NCBI GenBank assembly: GCA_963817385.1
Contig: CAWFOM010000014.1
Location: forward strand, 1-64,000
Reading direction: 5' to 3'
DNA length: 64,000 nt
DNA from: an uncultured delta proteobacterium
Lineage (GTDB): Bacteria > Desulfobacterota > Syntrophia > Syntrophales > UBA5619
The notes beneath the pieces were generated by a model. That model saw only the letters and a program-made list of their open reading frames with translations. It was not told the origin of the DNA and did not search any database. The translations under genes and the position numbers were made by a program. This document shows, in pieces, positions 53,024 to 63,064 of the stretch. Within the stretch, counting starts at the first letter, position 1, and every line of letters starts with the position of its first letter.

Positions 53024-53587
53024 TCAGCCCCTCAATTTTTTCCCCGCGCCCCACGCCTTGCCCGCTTCATCCCCCACCAGCCAGTACCGATTATCCGGCA
53101 TCGAAAGGGTGAACGGCCTGATCTTCCGGATATCCGGCTTCCCTTCCGTCACGCAATCGGCATCCGCATACGCCCCGACGATCTCCCCGATGAAGAGCTC
53201 ATTGGTAGCCAGTTCCACAACTCGGACCACCTTGCATTCCATGGTGATGGGACACTCCTCGATCATGGGAGCACCGGTGTGTTCACCGAAGGCGACATCG
53301 AAGAGCTTCGCCTTGTCCTCATCCCTGCCGGAGACGAGCCCGCAGTAGTCGACCTTCGCCAAGAGATCGACGCCGGGGACATTCACGCTGAAAGCACCGG
53401 TGGCGTGGATTCCGCGGTTTGTATAATGGGTCTTTCCCAGGGCGACGGCAATCATGGGAGGCTTGGAGTTCACCCTCGTCACCCAGCCGACCGCCATGAA
53501 GTTCGGATGATCATCTACCATCGTTCCCACCACGACCATCGGCATCGGGTAGGGAAAGGCATTCTCATCTATTTTCTTTTTCATCAT
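53024..53587 (-). CDS. flavin reductase-like protein (flavoredoxin family)
   Basis: YPMPMVVVG, FSVNVP, DYCGLVSG, APMIEECP, LFIGEIV. Confidence 0.9.
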   Translation of the reverse strand: MMKKKIDENAFPYPMPMVVVGTMVDDHPNFMAVGWVTRVNSKPPMIAVALGKTHYTNRGIHATGAFSVNVPGVDLLAKVDYCGLVSGRDEDKAKLFDVAFGEHTGAPMIEECPITMECKVVRVVELATNELFIGEIVGAYADADCVTEGKPDIRKIRPFTLSMPDNRYWLVGDEAGKAWGAGKKLRG

Positions 53588-53710
53588 CTGTTCCTCCTCC
53601 TCTGAGTCGGACGCGCGGCATGAACCTCGGCGCGGCTGCTGGCCGTACCATTCCCCGCGGTTGTTCACCGTTCCTATTGGTTCGTCCACGGACAGGTCGT
53701 CTTGATCACG
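53580..53710. repeat. 131-bp direct repeat, copy 1 (copy 2 at 55626-55756)
   Basis: Ungapped alignment by eye gives about 26 mismatches in 131 nt; includes RBS and ATG ATG of the downstream gene. Confidence 0.85.
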
Positions 53711-53810
53711 CTTCGGTAGTTGGCGTCCAAAGATGACCCAAAGCGGCCAGGGCCGTGATGGGAGCTGCAAACAGCAGTTCGTGCCCACTGTAAAATACTA
53801 TTTTCAGATG

Positions 53811-53969
53811 CTATTTTGTGATTCGTGATAAAAGAAAAAATGAGATGATAAAAAAACCGATAACGATGATCAGGAACAATACACCATACTGATACAGTTG
53901 CTCCAAGCCGTCGTACCAGGCTATGATCTGGTCAAAATATCGATGATATAGATCCTTGAGTTTTTCCAT
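53811..53969 (-). CDS. small single-TM membrane protein (52 aa), below ORF-track cutoff
   Basis: MEKLKDLYHRYFDQIIAWYDGLEQLYQYGVLFLIIVIGFFIISFFLLSRITK*. Confidence 0.6.
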   Translation of the reverse strand: MEKLKDLYHRYFDQIIAWYDGLEQLYQYGVLFLIIVIGFFIISFFLLSRITK

Positions 53970-54523
53970 CACCTTATCTTTTGGATAGAATTGTCATGAT
54001 GCCTGGAGCATGTATGGCATCGGTCCGTATAGAACCGGACAGATAAATCACATGATTCCCCTTTTTCAAAATCCATCGATCATTGATATCGGCAAGAAAA
54101 AGGAGGTGCTGGGAGACCATTTATGATCCCCCAGCAAGTAAGAAATGAAAAAATGGGAAAACTGATTAATCGATGAATCGCTTTACTGTCTGCTATCCGT
54201 GCCCGTTCCGTTCAGCTAACAGTTTGTCTTCATGAATAGGTGTTACAGGATGTGTGCCAAAAGTGCATGAGACTACTTAACATACGAAAATATAATGGTA
54301 AATTAAGATTATTGAGAAACGACAGGCGTGGTAATAGCGGAAAATTTTCGACATAAATTGCCGGCTACTATAGGAAATGTATCAGTAATCCCTATAATTG
54401 CATATAGTTATTATATAACACTTCTTGCGTGGTATGCCGACAAAATTGTCGAAAGTCACCGTGAATTAGCATGAATATTTTTATTGAACGATAACCGATT
54501 TTCGGGAAGCTCTTCTTTCACTC

Positions 54524-55633
54524 TCAGCTCGTCGACGATAATAAATCTTTTTCAGACTTGACATGATCAATCTTGGTTTTCTTTGCCGACGCGAGTGCGG
54601 CATCCGCTCTTTCTATAACGGATTCCGTAGTATCACCCTCATGTATTTGCGAAACACCCAAACTGATAGTAAGTTTTTCTATTGATTTCCCCGTGCTCTT
54701 CAATTTGAGCTTTCTTTTGGATACAGCCTTAGCCAGATTATCTGCCAAGATTGAGGCGCTGTATAGGGTGGTCATAGGTAGCAGAAGGATAAATTCGTCA
54801 CCGCCATATCGTCCCACAAAATCTTTACCTTTCGTATTTTCCTCTAACGTGGCGCTCACTATTTGCAAGGCCTCGTCACCGATCATGTGGCCATATTGAT
54901 CATTGAATTGCTTGAATAAATTAATGTCGGTCATAATAACACTGAATATGGATCGATTCCTTTTAAATTCGTTATACAGTTCTTTCAGTTTCTTGGATAA
55001 GGCTCTTCTATTAAAGAGGCCTGTCAGTGGATCTTTCAATAAATCCCGGTCGTTTTGCTCAATCTGTTTTTTGAGATTCTCCGCCTCGACCGTAATTATT
55101 TCAATCTTGCTCTGAAGTTCGATATTCGATTCTTCCACTTTCTTGGTGTCGATGATAATATCACTGATGATCTGCCTGACTTCTTCGATTTCATTGACTT
55201 TGCTCAAAGATTGGGCATACTGGCCCAGTTTCTTATTGTATTCCGAGGTATCGTGTAGGCTTGATAAGACATTGATAATAAGGTCTTTCATCATTCTTAC
55301 CGCGTTGTTCTCAATCAGCGAAATTATTCTCCCTCTATCAGCGTCCCGAAAATATTTATCATAAAGATCCCTGGTCAATTCAGTGTTGAGAAGTGTGCCG
55401 CTGTTTTTCTTCGCCTTGACATCCTTTTCAAGTTCTTCGTTGTCGCCTATATAATATTCAAACCATACTTTGTAGTTTTCCGGAGTTATGGGGATTTCTC
55501 TTTTGACCATGAATGCAAAAACTTTTTGGGCAATCAACGCGGTATTCTGGAAGGTAACAGCGTCAATCTCATCCAGTTTATCTTCAACCTCTTCGGGGGT
55601 TAGTTGACAATCCCCTTCTCTCTCCTTCATCAT
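54524..55633 (-). CDS. diguanylate cyclase (coiled-coil + GGDEF), low GC
   Basis: PENYKVWFEY N-domain, DPLTGLFNRR, GRYGGDEF. Confidence 0.92.
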   Translation of the reverse strand: MMKEREGDCQLTPEEVEDKLDEIDAVTFQNTALIAQKVFAFMVKREIPITPENYKVWFEYYIGDNEELEKDVKAKKNSGTLLNTELTRDLYDKYFRDADRGRIISLIENNAVRMMKDLIINVLSSLHDTSEYNKKLGQYAQSLSKVNEIEEVRQIISDIIIDTKKVEESNIELQSKIEIITVEAENLKKQIEQNDRDLLKDPLTGLFNRRALSKKLKELYNEFKRNRSIFSVIMTDINLFKQFNDQYGHMIGDEALQIVSATLEENTKGKDFVGRYGGDEFILLLPMTTLYSASILADNLAKAVSKRKLKLKSTGKSIEKLTISLGVSQIHEGDTTESVIERADAALASAKKTKIDHVKSEKDLLSSTS

Positions 55634-55756
55634 CTGTTCCTCCTTCTCTTAGCCGGACGCACGGCAGAAACCTCGGAGCGGCTGCCCGCCGCAACGTTCC
55701 ATACAGTTGTTCGGTATGCCTATTAGTTCTCCCACGGATAGATCGTCTTGATCACG
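55626..55756. repeat. 131-bp direct repeat, copy 2
   Basis: Matches 53580-53710; its right edge overlaps the tctA stop codon. Confidence 0.85.
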
Positions 55757-57257
55757 TTAAACCGCCCTGCAAAGAACGGTATTTCTTCCACATCTGCTTT
55801 GCCGCCGGCGTCAGCATGAGGAAAGCGGCAGCCGCGAGCAGGGATGCCGAAATGGGCCGGTTGACGAACGTCAGGAAGTCGCCCCCGGAAGCGATCAGGG
55901 ATTGCTGGAGCGTCTTCTCCAGCATGGGACCGAGGATCATGGCCAGGATAAAGGGGGAAGCCGGAAAGGCGAACTTGCGCAACAGGTACCCCACGACGCC
56001 GAAAAACACCATCATGCCGACGTCCCAGGTGGAGTTGTTCACGCTGTATGCCCCGATGACGCAAATGACAACGACAACCACCGCCAGGTACCGGTAGGGG
56101 ACTTTCAGCATCCGCACCCAAAGGCCGATGAGAGGCAGGTTGAGCCCCAGGAGCATGACATTACCGATATACATGGAGGCGATCACGCCCCAGAAGAGAT
56201 CCGGATGCTCTTGGAGCAGGAGGGGCCCCGGCCGGATACCGTGGATCATCAAGGCAACGAAGATCATGGCGATCGACGCATTCCCCGGAATCCCCAGGGT
56301 CAACAGAGGAATGAACGAGGAGGTGGAGGCAGCGTTGTTGGCCGCTTCGGGCGCGGCCACGCCCTCGATCGCCCCGCTGCCGAAACGCTCGGGATGCTTG
56401 GAAAGTCGCTTTTCCACGGCGTAGGCCGCAAAAGAACTGATGATGGCCCCTCCGCCGGGCAGTACCCCGATGAAAAATCCGAGGGCGGAGCCCCGCACCA
56501 CCGAGGCCCAGCACTGCCGCCAGTCCCGACGGGTGGGGAGCAGCCCCTTGAGCGCCGTCTTGAAGATTTCCCGGTTCTCAGGGGCCTCCAGGTTGCAGAG
56601 GATCTCCGCCAGACCGAAGAGGCCCATGACCATCACCACGAAGTCGACGCCGTCCGTCAGCCGGCTCACGCCGAAGGTGAACCTCTGGCTTCCGGACACC
56701 GGATCGAGGCCGATGCTTCCCAGAAGGAGACCCAGGAGGCCCATCATCAGGCCCTTCAGGACCGATTCCTCGGAGAGATAGATCGCCATCATCAGGCCGA
56801 GGAGGACGAGACAAAAGTACTCGGGGGGGCCGAATTTCAGGGCAAAGGCGGCAAGGGTCGGGGCCAGGATCGATACCCCCAGGAGGGCGAGCGAGCCGGC
56901 GATGAAGGAGCCCAGGGCCGAGATGCCCAGGGCCGCTCCGGCCCTTCCATTCCGGGCCATCTTGTAACCGTCCAGGCACGTTACAACCGAGGCCGCTTCC
57001 CCGGGGATGTTCAGCAGTATCGAAGTCGTGGAGCCGCCGTACATGGCGCCGTAGAATATGCCCGACAGCATGATCACCGCCGAGACCGGATCCATCTTGA
57101 AGGTCACCGGCAGCAGCAGCGCGATCGTTGCAGGAGGCCCGAGACCCGGCAGAACGCCGATAGCCGTGCCCAGGATCGCCCCGATCGCGCAGTAGAAGAG
57201 GTTCGACGCGGAGAGGGCCACGGCAAATCCGCCGGCAAGATGTTCGAAAAAATCCAT
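55752..57257 (-). CDS. tctA: TTT large permease subunit TctA
   Basis: GVLPGLGP, YGAMYGGSTTSILLNIPGE, GAIEGVAAPEAANNA. Confidence 0.95.
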   Translation of the reverse strand: MDFFEHLAGGFAVALSASNLFYCAIGAILGTAIGVLPGLGPPATIALLLPVTFKMDPVSAVIMLSGIFYGAMYGGSTTSILLNIPGEAASVVTCLDGYKMARNGRAGAALGISALGSFIAGSLALLGVSILAPTLAAFALKFGPPEYFCLVLLGLMMAIYLSEESVLKGLMMGLLGLLLGSIGLDPVSGSQRFTFGVSRLTDGVDFVVMVMGLFGLAEILCNLEAPENREIFKTALKGLLPTRRDWRQCWASVVRGSALGFFIGVLPGGGAIISSFAAYAVEKRLSKHPERFGSGAIEGVAAPEAANNAASTSSFIPLLTLGIPGNASIAMIFVALMIHGIRPGPLLLQEHPDLFWGVIASMYIGNVMLLGLNLPLIGLWVRMLKVPYRYLAVVVVVICVIGAYSVNNSTWDVGMMVFFGVVGYLLRKFAFPASPFILAMILGPMLEKTLQQSLIASGGDFLTFVNRPISASLLAAAAFLMLTPAAKQMWKKYRSLQGGLT

Positions 57258-57266
57258 GGCTTCCTC

Positions 57267-57716
57267 TTACCCGAAGGCCGCCAGCAGCCCGAGAGGCAGG
57301 GTCACCCCCAACAGGCGATCGAAGATCAGATAGCTCGCGACCGCCAGGATCAGGCTTATAAGGACGAGCACCCGCGGTTTCGTTTCCAGAACCTTCAGGA
57401 CCACGGCCGAAAGGAGCGCCGTGGTGATGACATATCCCACCGTCTCCATCGCGGCCACGTACAGGATCAGCGCCAGAACGACAACGGCGGGGCCTCCCAG
57501 CCTGCCGAAGGCGTGGCTCTCGCCCGCCCGTCCGCTCCAGGCTTTAAAGAGGAATACCGCGGAAAGCGCGATCAGAATCACCCCGTCCCAAAACGGGAAG
57601 AAGCCGGGCTGCGGCTCGGTGGGCGCCCCGATCCCCAGCTTGACGGCGCCGACCGCAAAGCCGATTCCGATTGCCAGGAAACTAAGCCCTGCGACGATTT
57701 CTCCCGGTTTCCGCAT
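57267..57716 (-). CDS. tctB: TTT small permease subunit TctB
   Basis: PQPGFFPFW, 4 TM, LGVTLPLG. Confidence 0.9.
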   Translation of the reverse strand: MRKPGEIVAGLSFLAIGIGFAVGAVKLGIGAPTEPQPGFFPFWDGVILIALSAVFLFKAWSGRAGESHAFGRLGGPAVVVLALILYVAAMETVGYVITTALLSAVVLKVLETKPRVLVLISLILAVASYLIFDRLLGVTLPLGLLAAFG

Positions 57717-57744
57717 ATTCCCCCCACCGACCGGATCGGTCGCT

Positions 57745-58719
57745 CTATTTCTTCAGGGACTTACCGAGTTCCCTCTGGTTTTCGAACTCTTCCCGCCAAA
57801 GCTTGCCGAATTCGTCGGGGCCGAGGTACTGGATTTCATCCCCAAATTGCTTGATCATGCTGATGACCGACTTGTCCTCGGTCATCTGCTTGAAGGCAAG
57901 AGCCAGTTTGTCGATCACGGGGCGGGGGGTGCCCTTGGGCGCCAGAACGGCCCGCCACATCAGGTTCACCACGTCCACCCCTTCTTCCTTGGCAGTGGGA
58001 ACGTCGGGCAGTTTTTCTTCCCGCTTGGTGTCGAGGACTGCCAGGGCGCGGAGCTTTCCCGATCTGATGTGGGGAAGAAGGGCTGTGACCAACCCCCCCG
58101 TCACATCCGCATGCCCACCCAGGACTGCCAGAAGAGCGGGGCCGCCGCCATCGTAGGGTACGTTCTTCGTTTTGATGCCGGTTTCTTTACCGATCATCTT
58201 CCAGGGAAGATCGGCCTGGCCCCAAGGTCCGGTATTGCCGAAGATCAATTTGTCGGGGTTGGCTTTGGCATATGCCAGCATCTCCTTGAAGGTTTTGAAC
58301 GGCAGATCGGGACGCGAGGCGATGATGGTCGGACTGTAGTTGATCCGGCAGACGGCCATGAGATCGTCCGGCCCCTTGGAACGGCCTTCAACGGCGGGAT
58401 AGGTGGTGCTCCATCCCATGCCGCCGAAGAGCAGGGTGTAGCCGTCGGGAGCTGCTTTGGCCACGATCTCGGAGCCGATGGCGCCGCCGCCGCCGGGCTT
58501 GAGTTGAATGATGATCGGTTGTCCAAGGTAGTTCATCGCCACACTGGTGACGGCGCGCGCCGTCAGATCGTGAGATCCGCCCGCCCCCACCGGGATAATG
58601 AGGGTCACGGGCTTGGTCGGGAACTCCGCCCCTGCGGCGGTCCGCACCGGCGTCCCGACTGAACCGGCGAACAGGATCAGGCCGGCCAACATTACCGCTG
58701 AAAGAAAGTGCTTGCTCAT
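57745..58719 (-). CDS. tctC: TTT substrate-binding protein TctC/Bug
   Basis: FPTKPVTLIIP..AGGSHDLTAR, KPGGGGAIG, APDGYTL, DVPTAKEEG. Confidence 0.95.
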   Translation of the reverse strand: MSKHFLSAVMLAGLILFAGSVGTPVRTAAGAEFPTKPVTLIIPVGAGGSHDLTARAVTSVAMNYLGQPIIIQLKPGGGGAIGSEIVAKAAPDGYTLLFGGMGWSTTYPAVEGRSKGPDDLMAVCRINYSPTIIASRPDLPFKTFKEMLAYAKANPDKLIFGNTGPWGQADLPWKMIGKETGIKTKNVPYDGGGPALLAVLGGHADVTGGLVTALLPHIRSGKLRALAVLDTKREEKLPDVPTAKEEGVDVVNLMWRAVLAPKGTPRPVIDKLALAFKQMTEDKSVISMIKQFGDEIQYLGPDEFGKLWREEFENQRELGKSLKK

Positions 58720-58763
58720 TTTCTCCCCTCCTTATGTTGAAATGATCACGGAAACCGCAAAAA

Positions 58764-60131
58764 TCACTTGGCCGTTTTTGCCGCGTTCAGGAATCGCCGT
58801 TGATAGGAAATAACCTGATTCGTGCTGGCAAAACGGGCCAGGTATTCCGGCTCCGCGGTGATTACTACCCGGTCCATCATATCCTCGAACTCCTCCTCGG
58901 TAAGCATCGAGTCGATCGCCGGATACATGGTATCCCCTTCCATGCTGCAGATGATGAGCCTCGTGTCCGGCAGATTGCAGTTCCTCAGCACCCTGAGGTT
59001 ATGGCGAACGCTGTCAAGGCCGTCATCGCCTTCAAACCCTTCTTCAACCTGCCGGTATTTGACGATCCGCTCCCCCATTTTCTTTACATCGAACAGGTCC
59101 ATTCCGGCCGCGCTGGCAGGGAGGTAATCCTTTTCAATAAAGAATTTCCTCAGCTCGGTCAGGAATTGCCGATCGTCGGATACCCGGTACAGATCGAGAT
59201 ACTGCTTGATGGAAGCGCTCTGCATCTGGCGATGCCGGATGAAGCTGTTGATGAAATACGGCTTCGCCTGCAGGGCAAAGGCCGTCTGGTACGGTTCGAA
59301 CATGAGCGTAAAATTGATCCGGAAACCGTGATCGCGCAGCGTGAGGGCCAGGTTATGCCCGTGCACCATGTCCGCAGTCGAACCTTGATCGCATTTCTTC
59401 TTGAACATCTTGTCGCCTTCCAGAAGCTCGCACATGTTCTGAGAATTGACGGGCCCGGTATGCGGGACCTTGATGACCACGCGGTAGGGCGACAGCATCT
59501 CCCGGAATTTTTCCGCTTCATCAAGACACTTCTGTACATCGTCGAAGGGATTGTTCAGCTCCACGCTGATATCGGCGCCCGGGCCCAAGATCCTTCCGAT
59601 CTCCTGCATCACCTCTTCCCGCGTCTTGAATTTTCCGCCCACATTCGCCTTCGCATTATTGATGAACAGGTCGTAGATAATCCCGGGGTTGCAGGTCAAA
59701 TTCACGATGAGACGGCTGATCGGCCCCACTTCATACGGGTTTGCGGAATCGGCGGAAAACAGGACGTTCGTCGGCCTCTTCTGTCCGTTTTTATCGTACG
59801 AGATATCCCGCACCAGATCCGCCCTGAGGACGCTGTCCTTCTCGAGCACATATTCGATCCGGAAGCCCTGCGGCGTCTCCGATTCGGGGACTTTGAAATA
59901 GTCGATCACTTCCCGGAAATTCCGCGTAACCCCGATCATCTTCGTGACATATTTCATCTCGTCGAGCATCTCCAGCGTAACCGGCAGATCGAGGACGCGG
60001 TTTACATAGCCCTCTTCCCCGTTTATCACCGACGCGCCTTCGCCCTTTTTATCGGACAAAAGTGCGCGCACAGAGGTCCTGATCCCTTCATCCATGACAT
60101 GTTCTCTTCCATAGTTCGGCATTTGCTTCAT
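58764..60131 (-). CDS. atypical long transaldolase-family protein
   Basis: SADSAN, NLTCNPGII, ISVEL, VVIKVP (Schiff-base Lys), INFTLMF, FINSFIRHR. Confidence 0.8.
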   Translation of the reverse strand: MKQMPNYGREHVMDEGIRTSVRALLSDKKGEGASVINGEEGYVNRVLDLPVTLEMLDEMKYVTKMIGVTRNFREVIDYFKVPESETPQGFRIEYVLEKDSVLRADLVRDISYDKNGQKRPTNVLFSADSANPYEVGPISRLIVNLTCNPGIIYDLFINNAKANVGGKFKTREEVMQEIGRILGPGADISVELNNPFDDVQKCLDEAEKFREMLSPYRVVIKVPHTGPVNSQNMCELLEGDKMFKKKCDQGSTADMVHGHNLALTLRDHGFRINFTLMFEPYQTAFALQAKPYFINSFIRHRQMQSASIKQYLDLYRVSDDRQFLTELRKFFIEKDYLPASAAGMDLFDVKKMGERIVKYRQVEEGFEGDDGLDSVRHNLRVLRNCNLPDTRLIICSMEGDTMYPAIDSMLTEEEFEDMMDRVVITAEPEYLARFASTNQVISYQRRFLNAAKTAK

Positions 60132-60207
60132 TATCTCTCACCTCGTTATGATTTTGGCGTCCCTCGTGCAACGCTTCGTTATCGCATCGGTCCGTCTTTC
60201 CTGCACG

Positions 60208-61221
60208 CTATTTCTTCTTCAGGTGTTTCCATCGATCCAGGGTAAGAACCTCCGGATTGGCCGTGTTGTCGGGAATGAACCCGTTGAACAGATCGACCAC
60301 GCGCTCTGCCCCTGCCACGGCCATCCGCGTCACGCACTCTTCGGTAAGCGCCGCGGTATGGGGGGTCAGAATCACATTCTTCAACGTCAACAGCTCGTTT
60401 CCCGGCTCTATCGGCTCATGCTCGAATACATCGAGACCCGCGCCGGCAATGACCCCTTCCTTCAGGGCCCGGATGAGATCGTTCTCGTCGATGACCCCTC
60501 CCCGCGACGTATTGATGAGAAAGGCCGTCCGCTTCATCCGTGAGAAGAACTGCCGGTTGAACATCCTTTCCGTATCCTTGTTCAGCGGCGTGTGGATCGA
60601 AATGACATCGGCGGCGCCGCAGAGCTCGGGCAGGTCGGTGAACGTCACCCAATCCCGATAGTTCGCCTTCTGCTCGTCGCTCAGGAGCAGATCGTACGCC
60701 AGGACCTTCATCGCAAACACCGTGCGGCACGCATGAGCGATGAGGGAGCCGATCCTCCCGAATCCCACGATCCCGATCGTCTTTTCGCGCAGATCCTGCG
60801 GATGGTTCTTGTACCGTATCGCGAAATTCCCTTTCCGCACTTCGCCGTCCAGGAGGAACAGTTGCTTGAAAAGCGCCAGGATCAGCGCCAGCGCGTGTTC
60901 GGCAACCGAGGTGGTATTCACGCCGATGCTGGAGGTCACAATGATCCCCCGCTCCGTCGCGGCGGGGATGTCGACGTTGTCGACTCCGGCGCCGGTGCGG
61001 GAAATCATCATGAGTTCGTTCGGATACGCGAGAAGCTCGCGGGTGATCCTGATCCCGGTCCTCAGAACGATCGCCTGCGCCCCGCTCATCAGCGGACCGA
61101 CGATCTCCGGCCGCGGTTCGCCCGCCCGGATCAGCTCCACATTGCTCTTTTCCAGGACACCGACCGCTTCATCCTCAATCGGCTGCGGCAGCAGAACCTG
61201 CATCTTTTTCGCCATGGTCAA
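60208..61221 (-). CDS. D-2-hydroxyacid/phosphoglycerate dehydrogenase family protein
   Basis: SRTGAGVDNVD, GIVGFGRIG, INTSRG, LDVFEHEP, LTPHTA. Confidence 0.93.
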   Translation of the reverse strand: MTMAKKMQVLLPQPIEDEAVGVLEKSNVELIRAGEPRPEIVGPLMSGAQAIVLRTGIRITRELLAYPNELMMISRTGAGVDNVDIPAATERGIIVTSSIGVNTTSVAEHALALILALFKQLFLLDGEVRKGNFAIRYKNHPQDLREKTIGIVGFGRIGSLIAHACRTVFAMKVLAYDLLLSDEQKANYRDWVTFTDLPELCGAADVISIHTPLNKDTERMFNRQFFSRMKRTAFLINTSRGGVIDENDLIRALKEGVIAGAGLDVFEHEPIEPGNELLTLKNVILTPHTAALTEECVTRMAVAGAERVVDLFNGFIPDNTANPEVLTLDRWKHLKKK

Positions 61222-61228
61222 TCCCTAT

Positions 61229-62002
61229 CTATCTCAGGTACCGGCCGCCGCAGACATCCAGGGTAATGCCGGTGATATAGCTCGCCTCGTCGGACGCCAG
61301 AAAGACGACGGCCGCGGTGATCTCCTCAACCTTGCTCAGCCGCCGCAAGGGGATCTGCGCATACACCTTCTCCTGCTCCTCCTTGCTCCGGGCGTCCCAG
61401 AGGCCCTGCATCCGCTGACTGGTCATGCTGACCGTCGGCGCGACGGCGTTGATCCGGATGCCGCTCGGACCGAAATCGTAGGCCAACTGCCGGGTAAGGC
61501 CCTCGACGCCGGCCTTGGCCGCCGAATACTGGACCCCCGCCAGCGAGGCCCGCCAGTGGCCGGCCAGCGCCGAGATATTGACGATCGCGCCCGTTCCCTG
61601 CTTGACCATCACGGGAATCACCTGCTGGCAGCAGAGAAACGTACCCTTCAGGTTGACGTTCACCACGAGGTCCCAATGCTTCTCTTCGATCTCATCGAGC
61701 TTGTGCGGTGTGTTCAACGCACCGCCCGCATTGTTCACCAGCAGATCGACGCGTCCCCACGCGTTCAGAATTTGCTTCACTGCCGTTTCGACCTCGGAGC
61801 GATTCGTAATATCCACCCTGACCCCGATCGCCTCAGCGCCCTCTTTGCGCTTTATCTCTTCAACCGCCGCTCCGATCGTCTGATCGTTGATGTCGGCAAC
61901 GACGATCTTCGCCCCTTCCCGGGCGCATGCATGGGCGATCGCCAGCCCCATTCCCTGTCCGGCGCCGGTGACGACGGCGACCCTCTCCTTCAGCCTCTCC
62001 AT
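61229..62002 (-). CDS. SDR family oxidoreductase
   Basis: TGAGQGMG, LVNNAG, YSAAK, IRINAVAP. Confidence 0.93.
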   Translation of the reverse strand: MERLKERVAVVTGAGQGMGLAIAHACAREGAKIVVADINDQTIGAAVEEIKRKEGAEAIGVRVDITNRSEVETAVKQILNAWGRVDLLVNNAGGALNTPHKLDEIEEKHWDLVVNVNLKGTFLCCQQVIPVMVKQGTGAIVNISALAGHWRASLAGVQYSAAKAGVEGLTRQLAYDFGPSGIRINAVAPTVSMTSQRMQGLWDARSKEEQEKVYAQIPLRRLSKVEEITAAVVFLASDEASYITGITLDVCGGRYLR

Positions 62003-62040
62003 TCAATCCTCCCTGGAATATAAAACTAATAATGCAGCCC

Positions 62041-62934
62041 CTATTTGAATTTGCTCTTGCCGAGGGAGGCCTTCAGTGTTGCAAGCTGCTCCCCGGTGAG
62101 CGGCAGCAGCGGCTTGCGGGGAGCACCGCCGCAGAACCCGCCGAGGTCCATCGCCGCCTTGACCCCCGCCACACCAAACGAACCGGACACCTCCTTGTTC
62201 AACGCGATGAGGGACGTGTTCAACGCTTCGGCCTCCTGCATCTTTCCCTCTTTGAAGAGCGCATAGAGCTTCGCACAGGCGTCGGGGTAGACGTTGGCAA
62301 GCGAAAGCACACCGCCGGTCCCGCCCGCCTTCAGCAGGTCGAGAAAATAGTTGGCGGTCCCCGCAAGGACACACAGCTTCCCCTTGGCCGCCTCGAGATT
62401 CTGCTTGTACGTCTCGCTCGAACTGTCCTTGATCCCGATGACGTTCGGATGATCCTTCACAAGATCGATCAGGTCGGCCCGGATGGTGACGGCCGAGGCG
62501 ACCGAAGGGTTGTTGTACAGAACCACCGGTATCGGAGAGGCGTCCGCCACGTCGGTGATGTACCCCGCAAGGACCTCCGGGGTCATCTTTTTCGCAAAGA
62601 AATGGGGCATGAGAAGGCTTGCCATATCGGCGCCTTCATCCGCCGCCCGCAGGGTCATCTCGATGGTCTCCTTCGTGCTTTCGAAACCCGTTCCCGCCAT
62701 CACCACCTTGCCCTTCGCCCGGTATTTCACGACCGTCCGCAGGACTTCGACACGTTCTCCGACGGACAGGGACTTGTACTCCCCGTTCGTTCCGAGCACA
62801 AAATATCCCGCCAGAGCGGTCTCGTTCATCTTCTCGACATTGGCGATGAGCCCATGAAACAACACCCGGTCGCCCTTGAACGGGGTGACCATCGGGGTAA
62901 GAACACCGGAGAGTTCCCGCTTTTTTCCTGTCAT
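62041..62934 (-). CDS. DapA/NAL-family class I aldolase (HOGA-like)
   Basis: TPMVTPF, LGTNGE, VVLYNNP, VIGIKDSS, GVAGVKAAM. Confidence 0.9.
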   Translation of the reverse strand: MTGKKRELSGVLTPMVTPFKGDRVLFHGLIANVEKMNETALAGYFVLGTNGEYKSLSVGERVEVLRTVVKYRAKGKVVMAGTGFESTKETIEMTLRAADEGADMASLLMPHFFAKKMTPEVLAGYITDVADASPIPVVLYNNPSVASAVTIRADLIDLVKDHPNVIGIKDSSSETYKQNLEAAKGKLCVLAGTANYFLDLLKAGGTGGVLSLANVYPDACAKLYALFKEGKMQEAEALNTSLIALNKEVSGSFGVAGVKAAMDLGGFCGGAPRKPLLPLTGEQLATLKASLGKSKFK

Positions 62935-62947
62935 GTACGCCTCCTAA

Positions 62948-63064
62948 TTGAATCTCTCCGCAGCAAGCTGCAGAGAATCTTCGATCCTTAAGCGGAACAA
63001 CCTATACGTCTATGCTCGCTTACCCCGCAGCAAGCTGCGGGGAATGGCTCGCTGGCGGATTCAT
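62948..63064 (+). repeat. ~117-bp palindrome-containing interspersed repeat (MITE/REP-like), copy 2
   Basis: Two ccgcagcaagctgc(g/a)g palindromes; matches the reverse complement of 41364-41483. Confidence 0.75.
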
